From assembly GCA_028534125.1 (NCBI GenBank), contig CM052824.1, positions 60,202,001-60,266,000 on the forward strand: DNA of 64,000 bases. The letters are read 5' to 3'. Numbering within the stretch: the first letter of the stretch is position 1; each line of letters opens with the position of its first letter. Below, piece by piece: positions 26,350 through 38,350 of the stretch. Below the pieces are notes generated by a model. The model made no database searches and was not told where the DNA came from. It was given only the letters and a program-made list of their open reading frames with translations. The translations under genes were made by a program, and so were the position numbers. This DNA comes from Lama glama. Lineage: Eukaryota.

Positions 26350-26460
26350 GGCACAGGTGGGGCTGCCGTATTCCGTAGGCCTAGCCTATGCTAAACATTC
26401 TCCCTTGTTTATCTGAAACCTGAATGTAACTGGGCGTCCTGAGTTTGTACGTGCAAACAC
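26350..26460 (+). mobile_element. MER53-like hAT DNA transposon fragment
   Basis: ttgtttatctgaaacctgaatgtaactgggcgtcctg matches the recalled MER53 3' half (gttgtttatctgaaattcaaatttaactgggcgtcctg). Confidence 0.6.
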
Positions 26461-27159
26461 GCCTGCCCCACCCGCGTGTGCCCAGCTCCCAGGCGCTGGA
26501 TCAGGGTCCTAAGCTCCACGGGGGGCCGGGGGTCTGTTCATGGCTGGTGTCCTTCCGGTAGGAGCCTCAGACACGGAGCAGCACCTGGTCTCAGCGGTCA
26601 GAGGGGAGCTGTCGTGGCCTCTGAAGGAGGCTGGCGAGGGATGGAACGTGGACCGTGGGGCACCCGGCGGGGGAGGGCTCTGCCCGCTGGGCATCCGTGC
26701 CAGAGACATGCCTGGAGCTTTCCAGAAGGGAATTCAACCTAAAAATGGAAAGCGGCCCCCTCTCCCCACGCCCCCGCCTGTCTGCCCAGACTCCCAAGAG
26801 AGGGACCACTGGAAAATCAGTCACACTGCACCAGCGACTCTCACCAGAGCCAGGAGGTAGCCGTCACCCGCGCTGGGCTCTTATCTCCACGTTCCCAAGC
26901 TCTCAGAGAGCTCGGTGAGCCTGAGGCCGCCGGAGCCCAGAGGCCTGGGAGCTCCGCGGGTGCCAGGAGCCGGGCAGGGGTCTGCTGCATGGTGGGGAGG
27001 ACGGTTCCCAGTGGACCAACGTGACAGACAGACTGCCTTCCCTGACGGTTTCCTTCAGTGGCCGAATCTTTGAGGATGTTTAAAAGATTAAGCATGGACG
27101 GGGCTGGGGTCCCCTCCTTGTCCAAATGCCCCTGCAGCCTCCCCACCATCCCCCCTCCT

Positions 27160-27420
27160 CTGTGGCATATACTGAGCACCGTGCTGAGTGTGCTGGGGAC
27201 ATTCGGGGGGCAGTGGGGCGACCTGGGGGACAAACACACATCCAGACAGTGTCAGAGTGGGGTATGGACTACAGAGAAAATGAAACAGAGCTGGGGACAG
27301 GCTGGGCTAAGGGACGAGTCCACTGGCGTTGCCAGGGGTGTCCCACTGAGCTGAGAGCCTACAGACAAGGCAGAGCGTGCCCGTGGAACAGGCCGCAGAG
27401 CACCCTGCGCGGGGAGGGAG
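27160..27420 (-). mobile_element. L2 LINE 3' fragment
   Basis: tactgagcaccgtgctgagtgtgctggggaca...gactacagagaaaatgaaacag resembles the L2a 3' end in antisense. Confidence 0.5.
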
Positions 27421-28104
27421 CGGCACAGGGCGGGCAGAGGCCCCGGGGCAGGGGTCGGGCCCCTCCCTAGTCCTCTGCTCCTCGCAGGCACTAGCGCTCA
27501 GATTTGGGGTGTTTCCCCGTCAGCCTTGACCTGGCATGTTAAAGAGGTCCACGTCAGGGGAAGCTGCACACCCAGAGCCAGCAGAGGGGCGGCCAGGCCT
27601 TGGGGTCAGGGCCGGGCTGGGCTGGGGCAGCCGGGAGCCTGCTCTGTGGGCTGAGCCCCAGGGCTCAGGTCCCCTCGCCTTCAGCCCCTTCTCTGTCTGA
27701 GCAGCCACAGTGTGGTCCTCCCCTCAGGACGCCGCTGTGTGGCTTGGGCTGCGGGAGACAGAGGCTGCAGGAAAAGCCATATTCCCACAGAGAGGCCCGG
27801 GGGGCCCCATCTGTAAAGGCCAGTGGTCCACAGCCTGTCAAGTGGCCCCAGCGCCCTGGCTGTGGCCCCCCCGCACCTGTGCACAGAGGGCCGGACTTGT
27901 GGGCCCGCCAGGGTGCCCCTCCCTGGCTTGAGAGTCAAGCTGAGCTGGAGGGAGGGAGCCACAGGGCCCCATACAAACTCTCGCCAGATTCCCTCTTGCT
28001 CCCTAGGACCCTACACCGCATCTCTGCAGGACGATGGGCAGGCGTGGGGACTTCTGGTGGGGAATGAACTTAAGTGACGCACTTAGACTCCCAAGAGCAG
28101 GTAG

Positions 28105-28215
28105 CTTCCCGCAGCGATGACCAGGGCTGCAGTGGGCAGCCCCGTGCACATGTCTTTGCGTGTGGCGTCATCCGCCCCAGTGATCACATACCTGAGGTGG
28201 GACTCCTGGGTCAGA
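28105..28215 (-). mobile_element. L1 ORF2 C-terminal fragment (GC-enriched)
   Basis: Minus-strand peptide TRKDMCTGLPTAALVIAA, compare L1 ORF2 HTKTCTRMFIAALFIIA. Confidence 0.55.
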
Positions 28216-28254
28216 CTCCCTCTAAACCAGCTGCCTGAGTCAGTTCGGGCCACC

Positions 28255-28505
28255 TCCTTGGGTGCCCTCACATAGTAGACAGGGACGGACGGGGGAAGGC
28301 AGAGAGGTTGCGGGGGGAGAGGGAGGGAGGGAGGATGAGTGCGCGGGCCCCTCCTCCTCCTCCAAGGACACTAACCCCATCAAGGGCCCCACCCTCCCGA
28401 CCTCATCTAAACCTAGTCGCCTCCCAGAGGCCCCACCTCCACGGCCGTCACACAGCGTTGGGGCTTCAACACGTGAACCTGGGGGACACGGTGCCGTTCA
28501 GAGCA
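28255..28505 (-). mobile_element. MaLR LTR, MLT1A-like
   Basis: aaggacactaaccccatcaagggccccaccctc...gacctcatctaaacct...cctcccagaggccccacctcc...ggggcttcaacacgtgaacctgggggacac. Confidence 0.75.
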
Positions 28506-29689
28506 CAGGGCAGCTGCAGAGGGGCTGGTGCCATCATGCTGCCCCACACGGGTGGCACTGTGGACACGGTGAGGGGCCGTCCTAGAGGGCAGAGGGATGT
28601 GGCCCAGCCGAGCATCTACTCGAAGCTTGCAGGCAGTGACAAGTGGCTTAGAGAGCTGCCCGGAGGACCGGGAGGGGGCCGACTAAAAGCTCGGGGACCA
28701 GGAGTTCCGGGGAAGAGGTGCGTGGATGGACACCTGGGGGTGTTCACATGCGCCCGGGGGCTCTCACTGCCCGGGGACACCAGCAGCCACATGGACGGGA
28801 ACGGCGTGACCGGTCCTCAGGTGGCCTCTGCCCTTGGCCACGCCCATGATTGGGCAGCTGCTTCATGAGCGGCGTGGCGTGCGCAGCGCCCACACGGCTT
28901 CCTCTCACTGAGGCTGGTGTAGCTCCTCCTGCTGCCGCGTGCCCGCCTCTCAGTGTCAGGGGTGACACACCGCACCCTCAAAGGGACCAGCCGGCCACTT
29001 GGTGGCCACTTGGTTACGTGGAACCGTTTCCGTGCTGGAAAGCCCAGGGGTCCATCCCAATGGCCTGGCACGTGTCCCAGGCTGGGTTCGCCTTTCCTGC
29101 ACAGGGCATCTCCTCGGGCACCACAGCCAGGAGCTCAGAGCGTCCAAGCCGCTCACACAGGGCCTGGAACCGCACTGCCTCCGACCGCGTGCCGCACACC
29201 ACACCACCGGGACGGGCAGCCTGGCGGAGGGAGGGCGCGGGCCCCGGTGACGCGGCTCGGGCACCGGCTTCGAGATGATATTCTGCAGGTGTGAGGTGCT
29301 AGTCCCTCCTTTGTGGTCAACTCCTTAAGCCAGAAACAAAGTTACACGGCGCTGTAGCCACACTGGACGAATTCACAGACTTCAGAATCGAGTAGACAAC
29401 AGGTGGTTCCACACGCCGTCACCCCACGGGACTCACGCTGGGAATACGGGCCTCCATCCTCACACCTCTGGCTCTGTGGTTCCCGGAAGGGCACGTTCCC
29501 CCGGGGGTTCCAGCAGCGAGAGTCCCAACAAACTCGGGACGGCTCTGTGCGGCTGCCTTTGCCTCACTGGACCAGAGGGCCAGCGGGCACAGGAGAGAGC
29601 CGTTGCGCTGGCAGGAGTAATCCGTCCCGATCCTTGGGGGGGCACGCTGCACAGCGGGGCGGGGAGGGACACGTCTGGCGTTCGTAGGG

Positions 29690-30200
29690 TCCACTAAGAT
29701 TATTCATGGGACCCCTTGGCCGTCCAGTCATAGCTGTGAACGGGCAAATGCAATAGTAATGTCCTGGAAAGACAGAGTCGCCAAGACTCAGGCCCCGGTG
29801 GGCTCCACGCTGGGCACGTCGGCTTGACCGGGAGGGCCCCTGCTGAGCGGAGGAGGCGCAGCGTGTGGAGTGAGCTCAGTCACCACCGGGGCCACTGCAG
29901 CGGTGGGGCTCCTGTGGGCCACACCGACCCTCTTCCTAGACATTCTCCCAGGAATTAAGATCGCCGGCTCTTGGAGAACTGTGGCCGGATAAGGTGAGTT
30001 TGCTGGGAGACGCCGGTGCCTCTGAGTGGATGCTGTCGGGGCCCCACTCAGATCCTCTTTCCTGGATCAGGGACGCCATCTCCCCGTCGCCTGGGCATTG
30101 GGTGCTAAGGGCTTACATTGCCTCCCGCTCTGGAGAATTGCTTCCAGTTGCCCCAGAAGTTATGTAACCCTCAGGGGAGCCCCTGGCCGGGACTGCAGAG
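29690..30200 (+). mobile_element. ERVL-class (HERV16/ERV3-16A3-like) internal 3' end plus LTR16-like LTR start
   Basis: agctgtgaacgggcaaatgcaa... resembles the recalled ERVL-16 internal 3' end. From ~30023, gtggatgctgtcggggccccactcagatcc...ggtgctaagggcttaca...tctggagaattg resembles the LTR16C 5' half. Internal sequence may extend left to ~28550. Confidence 0.55.
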
Positions 30201-30449
30201 GTCAGAGGACAGCCCTTCGTCTCTGCGGTGCACGTTGTGTTCCGGAACCCAAACCCCTTCCGCTCCAGAGACGTCGCGGAGGCCGCAGGGCGGCCCGCCC
30301 TCTCCCTGCGCGGCTCCTGCTCCCCCCTGGGGGCGTCCGGGGAAACGGGCACGGGGACCACGCACTGGCAGGTCCTTGTCGCTGGCTGGGCGACTGGGGG
30401 TCCCCCCAGAAAGGTGGGTCAGGGAAAACTCTTACAGTTACACTGTCCA

Positions 30450-30670
30450 CCCAGAGTGAGAAAACCCCGCGTTCAAGCCCCAGACCCCCGGCCCCTGGGC
30501 CCCGGCAGCGTCCGCACGGCCCGGACGCTCCTTCTCTGTCAAGCGCCGAGAATAACGGACGCCCCCGGAGGCCGAAGGCGGAAGTGACACGGAGCCCGTA
30601 CAGCACCCAGTGCACGTGGATGAGTGCTCGGACCGGCAGCCGCGGTCGGTGACGGCGATGACGGCAGGGA
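30450..30670 (+). mobile_element. Highly GC-converted MIR-like SINE
   Basis: The order of motifs gttcaagcccc / ccttctctgtcaag..gagaataac / cccgtacagcacccagtgcacgtggatgagtgctc follows the MIR core and 3' tail, but is heavily diverged. Confidence 0.4.
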
Positions 30671-31179
30671 CAGACCTGGCCCTGCCGCCGTGCACTCTCA
30701 CCAGTCTTCCCAGCACTCAGGTTTGAGCCAAGATAGGGCCCCGGTCACCTCAAGGCCGGAGCCTAATCCCAGCCCCTCTGCTGCTTCCCGGATTTGGAGC
30801 TCATGAAATTACGGAACGGCTGGAAGGCAAGGAAGAAGAGCAAAGCGGAGCTGTGTGAGTGTATGCATGTACTCAGACGCGGGCGCTGAGGGAGGCACGA
30901 TATTCACGCCCTGATGACTGGGGTGCCCCCAGACGCTTGTTCTCAGAAAACATCAGCCGTCTGACAGTTTCATGTCTCATTGCATCCTCGGTCCACACGG
31001 CTCTCCCTGCTGGCCTTTAAGCCCCTTAAGACAGACGCGCCCTTTTCACCAAAGGAGAGTCCCTGGCCACCCCCTCCCGGTCTCACCCTGATTCCCAGCA
31101 CACGAAGCTCTCTCATGCAAACAGATCAGCTTCCAGCAGCACCGGCGTCACCCTGACCTCCCCACCCCCGGGGCGTTCC

Positions 31180-31535
31180 CGCCATCTTAGCATGGACTGC
31201 CCAGCAGAATAACGCAGACAGGGGGCTTATAAAGAACAGATTTGCTTCTCGCAGCCTGGAGGCTGGGCGTCCTAGGTCAGGGTGCCGGCAGGCTCGGGCC
31301 TGGCGAGGGCTCACCTCCTGGCTCACGATGGCCATCTTCTGGCCAGGTCTCCACATGTTGGAAGGGGCAGGGGAGCTCTCTGGTGTCCCTTTGTAAGAGC
31401 ACTAACCCCATTTATGAGGTCTCCGCCCTGGTGACCTGATCTCCTCCCAAAGACCTCACCTCCGGCACCGTCACGTTAGGGCCTGGGATGCCAAGCGTGA
31501 ACTGAGGGAGCGGGAGGCGCACAGGCCAACAGCCA
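31180..31535 (-). mobile_element. MaLR LTR, MLT1A/A0-like
   Basis: ggcttataaagaacagatttgcttctcgcagcctggaggctggg..ggtcagggtgccggcagg...tggccatcttct...gagctctctggtgtccctttgtaagagcactaaccccatttatgagg. Confidence 0.85.
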
Positions 31536-32429
31536 GCCCGCAGCGCCCTTCCAGCACGTCCTGGCGCCGCCGTGCGAGCCGACGGCCCCCGCTGCGCTTT
31601 GCTCTCCGCTCCTTGCACTGCTTCTGAACGCGGGCAGGGAGGTGCCCGAGGCCCTGACCGTAGTCCCAGAGGGTCCAGGCTGCGGCTTCAGGAGAAGTGG
31701 GTCCCTCTGTGGCCAGGGGAGGCTCTGGGACCGCAGAGGCTCCCTTCGTCCTGGCTGTTGGCAGCACCCGAAACACCTCCCGTCACATTAACCCCTCCAG
31801 TGAGGGCCACGGCGGCCTGGGCAGTGCTGACGGCCCCCGGACAAGGGCAGGCTCCCTTATCTGAGTGCAGGATGATCAGGCTCGCGGTCCTCACCACAGC
31901 TGGGTGTTTCCGATCCCGCCTGCTGCAATTTGGTGGTTACGTGCGTGTGTTTGCGGGGCTGTTCACGTAGAGACATCTCCTTTTTTCCAGGAATATTCCT
32001 ATTGAGATAACCCAAGAACACTCCTGTTTTAGAAAACGGCTTGGAAATTCTGGGCAGATACGACCACATCTTTCAAACGGAGAGGTGGGCTTGCAGAAGA
32101 GCAATGGAAATTTCCAGGGGCCCCCAAATGAATCACCTGACCCAAAATAGTAACTGAGGTGAGCTGACACTGTGGCCGCCTGGGGACTGGCTCCCAGATG
32201 CTGGTCTGATATGAAAGGTCTTGACGTGGGCTCCTGGGACTGGGGATGAAGCCCGTAGGCACCAAAAGGGCAAACATTTGAACTGAGACTTCTGCGTAAA
32301 GCCACGACCCCCGTACAGCCTCCGTGGAAGGGATGGATGTTAACAAAATCCACCTGCCAGCACACACACATTACCAGGAAGCTTGTCAGGCTTTGCCTTG
32401 GCTGAGACGGAAATTTTGAAAATCTCTTC

Positions 32430-35400
32430 TGAAGAGGAGCATTTTCAGAATGGCGGCATAGGGACCCCCAAAACTGCTCCTCCAAAAGCAAGGAGAGCAC
32501 TTGCTACAACGGTCAAAATCAATTTTTGTTTTTAGAACTCTAGAAATTCGTCTAAGGCCTCCAACAATTTGAAGAGCCTTTGTTCAAAAAAGAATGGTTC
32601 AATCTTGGTAAGAATAGAGAGCTTTGTAGCATTTTAACTCGCCCCCTTCCCCCCTCCCAGCGGTGTCATGGCCTGAAAACCAACAGCGTATCAGCCGCGA
32701 TAGCTATGAAAACAGCAGCCTAACGGGCACTGAAGAGGGAAATGCCAAGACAGTCCTGAGGATCGAGAAAGTCACACGCCCAGGGGGCATCAGAGAGGGC
32801 CCTGGTCTCATCCCTGGCTGAGCCTGGGGCTCTGTGCAAGGAGGGGCTGAAGGCCAAGGCGGAGCTGTGACCTGCTTACAGAAGCACCGACACCCCTCAG
32901 CAGCGTCTGAGGTTATTGGTTAAAGGTACTCAGAGAAATCTCTGTCCCAACATTAACTGAAGAAAAAAAAAAAAGCAGTCAGAAATTTCCCCCGAGGAAG
33001 CTCGAGCATTGGACTTACTAGACAAAGATTTAAAATTAGCTACTATAAATATATTCAAAGAACTAAAGGGAATCACGGCTAAAGAACTAAAGGAAAGCCT
33101 GAGAATGACCGCTCACCATGAAGATACTATCAGTAGAGAGGGAGAAACGATAAAGAATGGAAAATAATCAAATACAAATTCTGTGGTTGAAATTATAATA
33201 ACTGAAATGGGAAAAAAATCACTAGTGGGTTCAACAGCAGATCTGAACTGACAGAATAAAGAACCATCGAACTTGAAGTGGTAGATTGAGATAATCTATT
33301 TTAAAGGACAGAAAGAAAAAGGAATTAAAAACAATGAGCGGAGCCTCAGACGTCTGGGGACACCATTACGCATGGCAGCACACATGTAACCAAAGTCCCA
33401 GAATGAGAGAGGCAGAAAGGAATTTGAAAAAATAATGCCCCAGATGTCCCAAATTTGATGGAAAACATTAATCTACACATCAAAGAGCTTCAGTGAACTC
33501 CAAGTAGAATAAACGTCAAGGTTCCCAAACCAAGACCCATCACAGTCAAACAGCTCCAAGTGAAAGACAAGAGACTCAGAATATTAAAGCAGCCAGAGAA
33601 AAGCTGACTTTCCATCAGAAACTTTTAAGTCAGAAGGCAGTGGGATCACACATTCAAAATGCTGAAAGGAAGATACTGCCAGCCAAGAAGCTATATCCAG
33701 AAGAGCTATCCTTCAAAAGGGACAAGAAATGAAGACGCTCCAAGGTGAGCAGAGCAGGATGGTTCATCCCTAGCAGACCCGCCCTGCAGGGAGTACGCAA
33801 GGACGTTCTTCAGGTTGAGATGGAAGCAAGTCGAATTCACATCAAGAAATTAAAATTACCTATAAAAGGAACTAGAAAGGTAAATGTAAAAGAAGGTATA
33901 AATGCATTTTTTGTTTGTAACCCTTTTCTTACTCTATTTGATTTAGAAGACAACTGTATATAACAATACTTATAAAACTGTGCTGATGGGCTCCAAATGC
34001 ATAAAGATGTAATTTTATGACAATCTGGCACAGATGAGGGAGGGAACAGAGCTATATAGGAAAGCAGATTTGTATACACTATAGAAATTAAGTTGATATT
34101 AGTCCTAACTGGCTTGTAATCATTTAAGATGTTTATTATAACAGAGAAAACACTAAGAAAATATAGTAAAAGAAGCTACAATAGAATTAAACTGCTACAG
34201 TAGAAAACATCTATTTTACACAAAAGAAAGTGGGAATGGAGAAACACAGGAACAAAAATGACATAAGACAGATGGAAAACAAACAGCAAAGTCACAGACA
34301 TGCATCTTACACTATTAACAATTACACTTAATGTAAATGGGTTAATTCCCCCGATCAAAGGGCAGAGATCGGAAGGACAGATTTTTAAAAATCATGATCC
34401 AGCTACACGTTGCATATAAAAGACACGCTTTAGATTCAAAGACACAAATAGTTGGAAAGGAAAGAGATGGGAGAAATACACCATGTGACCAGAAATCAAA
34501 AGCAAGCTGGAGTGGCTGTATTCATACCGAAGATAAGACAAACTTTATGACGACAATTGAGAAGCGAAGAAAGACAATTTCTAATGATAAAAGGAACACA
34601 TCAGGAAGATATAAAAGTTACAGACACATATGTATCTGAAAACAGAGCCCTGAAATACATGAAACAAAAACTGAGAGAAATAAAGAAAGAATTCACAATA
34701 ATAGTTGAAGGTTTCAACACCCCGGTTTTGACAACGAACGGAACCAGGGAGGGGATCGGCCGGGAAACGGAAGACGGGGAGAGCACTGTGGACGGAGCCG
34801 CCGGCCGACCTCGCGGGACGCTCGCCGCCGGTGGCGGGAGCGCGGGCGGCCTCCGGGGCGGACCGCGTCCTAGGTCACCACAGAACCGCCGTAAGTTTCA
34901 AAGCACTGAAACGATGCAAAGTAAGTTCTCAAACCACAATGGAATGAAAGTAGAAGTCAGGAACAGAAGAAATACTGGGGCAGTCACAAATGTGTGGAAG
35001 TTACACACACACTCCTAAATAACTCATGAATCCACGGAGTCAGGAAGGAAATGAGGGCCGACTTTGGGATGAGTGAAAATGAAAACACAACATGCAAAAA
35101 CTTACGGGAGGCAGCCAAGACAGAACAGCACGAAAGTTACAGCTACAAACGCAGACACTGAGAAACAAGAAAGATCGCAGATCAATAACCTCACCTTCCA
35201 GCTTAAGGCACCGAGAACAGAGGGGCAAACTAGCCCTAACGCGGGAGGAAGGGGTGGCGGGCACCGCCGTGTGCCAGCGCGGCTGGGCCGTGGGGGACCC
35301 ACGGGCCTGTCAGACGCGGCTCCGGGTGCGTCTGTGCGGACGTTTCTGGATGAGATTAACATCGGAATCAGTGACTCAGTAAAGCAGGTTGTCCCCCTAA

Positions 35401-36790
35401 TACAGACGGGTCTCGTCAAGCAGCTGAAGGTCTGAACAGAACAGAGTCTGGCAATCCCAGGGGTAGGCGGGAACCCCTCTGCCGGCCCGCCTGCAAGACG
35501 GGACCTCGGGCTTCTCCCGCCTCGGGCTGGAACTGAAACACCTGGTCCTCCAGGGTTCCCGGCCTGTCAGCTCTTGGGCTGGAACGACACCGTGAGCTCT
35601 CCTGGTTCTCAAGTTCCTTCCAAGCATTTAAAAAAGAACCAGCACAAACTCCTACAACAAAAAGAGGGAGCACTTTCTAGCTCAAGCTATGAAGACAGTA
35701 ACATCCTGACCCTGAAGCCAGACAAAGACACCCAGGACAAGAAAACCAGACTAGACTCTAGGAAAAAGGCCAGATCCCTTTATGAATATTGATGCAAAAG
35801 CCATCCAAAGACACCAGCAATTTGAATCCAATGGCACGTAAAAACGCTCATACACCACGACCAAGGGGAATCCACACCAAGACATTAAGGCTGGTTTAAC
35901 ATAGGAAAATCAATTAATCTAAGGCACCCAATGAATAGAATGAAGACAAAAACAACACGATCATTTTAATAAAAAAGACAAATCATTTAACAGAATCCAA
36001 TACCCTTTCGTGGCAAAACCACTCAACAAACTCGGAGTGTAAGTGCACCTCCTCAGTCTGAGAAAGGCTGTCACGGAAAGTCAGCAGCTCATCTCTGCTC
36101 AGTGCGAACGCTGACAGCAGCCCTCAGCGCCAGGAACACAGAAGGAAGGCAGTTCTCACCGCTTCTGTTCAGCACTGCACGAGGGGTAACAGCCAGGGCA
36201 GTTAGGCAGAAAAAAGAAATAAAAGGCATCCAGTTTGGAGAAGAAGCAAAACTATGTTTATTCACAGGTGACACAGTCTTGCACGTGGAAAAATCCTGAG
36301 GAATAAACACACTAGTAGAATCAGCAGGTTGTAGGACACAGGTTAGTACACAAACAGAAATTATATTTCTACACATGAGCAACGAACTGTCTGAAAATGA
36401 AATTAAGAAGTCCATTTCATTTATAATACATTCAGAAAGAATGAACTCCTTAGGAACAAATTTAACAAAAGATGTTCATGACTTGTACGTTGAAAACTGT
36501 AAAACACTGTTGAAAGAAATAAAAGTGGTAAATAATGAAAAGATACTCGTCTCCATGGATCCAAAGCCTTAATATTGTGGAAATGGCAGTATTCCCCTAA
36601 TTGGCCCAGGGAGTCCATGCAATCTCCATCAAATTCCCAGCTGGCTTTTCTCTTTAGACAGTAATTGCCAGTCTTACCTTAAAATTCATATGCGAATGCA
36701 AAGGAACCAGAAAAGTCAAAACAACCTTGAGAAAAACAGGGAGGGTATGTCCAAAGGACACGGGAACCAACCCAAAGAGTTTTCAGCAGC
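32430..36790 (+). mobile_element. Large ancient LINE-1 (L1M4/L1MC/MD class): 5' UTR, ORF1, inter-ORF, ORF2 endonuclease and RT fragments
   Basis: Begins with YY1-like aatggcggc (32449); strongly A-rich. The EN peptide FLMIKGTHQEDIKVTDTYVSENRALKYMKQKL..FTIIVEGFNTP...FSNHNGMKVEV (34557+) and the RT peptide [10 protein letters not shown]...[27 protein letters not shown] (36102+; compare GCPLSPLLFN..IRQEKEIKGIQ..KLSLFADD) are present. Confidence 0.93.
35250..35612 (+). mobile_element. ERVL LTR MLT2 (B/D-like), 3'-truncated, nested in L1 ORF2
   Basis: gtttctggatgagattaacat..gagtaaagcag-like..gaaggtctgaacagaaca...ctggaactgaaaca...gctctcctggttctca follows the recalled MLT2 consensus. L1 ORF2 resumes at ~35613 after an internal deletion. 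Confidence 0.8.
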
Positions 36791-36799
36791 CAAAGCTGG

Positions 36800-37520
36800 A
36801 ACAGTTTGAATGATATAATAAATAACAACAGCATTAGATGAGGGGGACCCACTCGTGAGTTCATAAACAGATGATTAAATAGACAAACAAATGTGGGGGA
36901 ATAGGAAGCTCTCCTCACAGAAACATTTCAACTAAGAGACGTAAAAATGAACGGAGGGAAATTTTAAAATCTCCGTTAGAAAAACCACAGTAACAACTGC
37001 TGCAGGCAGAGTCCACCAAGGAAGCTGCAATACGCAGGTGAAGGTTTAAGGACGAACAGGATATTTGCATAGCCTCAAAGTACTGCCCCCCAGATGTTCA
37101 TTAGTAACGTGGCAGAGTAAACCCTGACAGAGATCACCTTGCCCACAACGTCCAGGCAGGCATCGCCTGCAGTAAGACACAGTGACGTCGCTGCGCCCTG
37201 CTAGCGCACACTGAGAAAGGTGTGTCACCTCCGCGACAGTCTCTCCTCCAAAGGCACCATCTCCACACAGTCATGAGGAAACAAGACGAACCCACGCTGC
37301 GGGACATTCTGACATACCTGAGCTGTACTCTTCAAAAGTGTCGAGGTCCACGAATGCCGAGGAAAGACAAGGATGTCACAGGCTGGAGGAGACCAAGAAG
37401 GCATGACAACCAAAGATAGTGTACGATCCTGGAATAGAAAAAGCACATCCGGGGAAACACTGGTGCAATCCAAAAAAAGTCCAAAATTTAGCTTAGAAAA
37501 TAACTTAGTAAAAAAGAAAT
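36800..37520 (+). mobile_element. L1MC4-like 3' end
   Basis: aacaggatatttgcatagcctcaaagt...cactgagaa...tcatgaggaaaca...gggacattct...gtactcttcaaaagtgtc...catgacaaccaaa...gatcctggaatagaaaa are diagnostic of L1MC 3' UTRs. Confidence 0.8.
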
Positions 37521-37639
37521 ATACATTTCTGCAAAAATCTTTTACCATTAAATGTAATTCAGAGTACACCATGAAAACGCATCAGCAGGGTCACTGCATT
37601 TTAGAGGGTAATCTCCAAAATAGTCAATAAATAAAAAGT

Positions 37640-38350
37640 TCCAATTCTAAGCAATTTCAAAGAATATTAACAAAGAAAGACCCCTCCCAAATGATTTAAT
37701 GGAGCAAAAATCACTCTGTCAGAAACAGGAAAGGGCAAGAGGAGAGGAAAATTACAGGCTGACCACACTTACGAACGGATTTTTTTTTTAATTCATAAAC
37801 AGGACGGCCAAAAATTAAACCCAGCAAGGTGGAACACGCAAGCCAATAAAAGACAAAATGTCATCACACAACGGGATTTATCAGAGGAATGCAAATGGCT
37901 TAGCGTAAGAAAGCTGAATTCCCATTAGTTACCACAAGTGTTCATCAGGCTTAGGTCGAAAGCAATCGACAAAAGAGTCAACGCACAGTAGTTTCAACAC
38001 TAAGGTTTACCTCCCTGACGGCTGGAGAGAGGTCACCCACCGCTGGTGTGACAGTTCAATTTTAGGAGGCCATCCGAGGACAGGCTCCTTCCCTTTTGTC
38101 CTCGTCACCTCTAAGCGTGACCCTCAGCTGTCCAATCCAGGAAGACTCAAGACCTCAACCACGTGTCTCCATAAGACTGGACACAAGAAGGATCAGAATT
38201 CCCTAAGTGCTGAAGTTGTACGTCCACTTCCGCTCCAGTCAGTCAGATCGTCCCCACGGTCACAAGCAGGTACAAAGGAGGCTGGGTTGTAGGGCGCGTT
38301 CTGAGCAGCCACAGGCTGAGCGCACGAACAGCAATTCTGTTTCTCTGAGA
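37640..38350 (+). mobile_element. Old L1 (L1ME-like) ORF2 RT fragments
   Basis: aggaaaattacaggc, gggatttatcagaggaatgcaaatggcttagc and ggtcacaagcaggtacaaag..ctgagc resemble L1 ORF2 segments. Confidence 0.55.

Noticed and set aside
24548-31535. Oppositely oriented MLT1 LTRs as a provirus or a long hairpin
   Set aside because: Different subfamilies and orientations, and too diverged to pair; these are independent solo LTRs.
34557-35018. 153-aa open L1 endonuclease fragment as a domesticated gene
   Set aside because: Catalytic motifs are decayed (GDFN reads EGFN, SDH reads SNH), the middle is scrambled, and flanking frames are broken.
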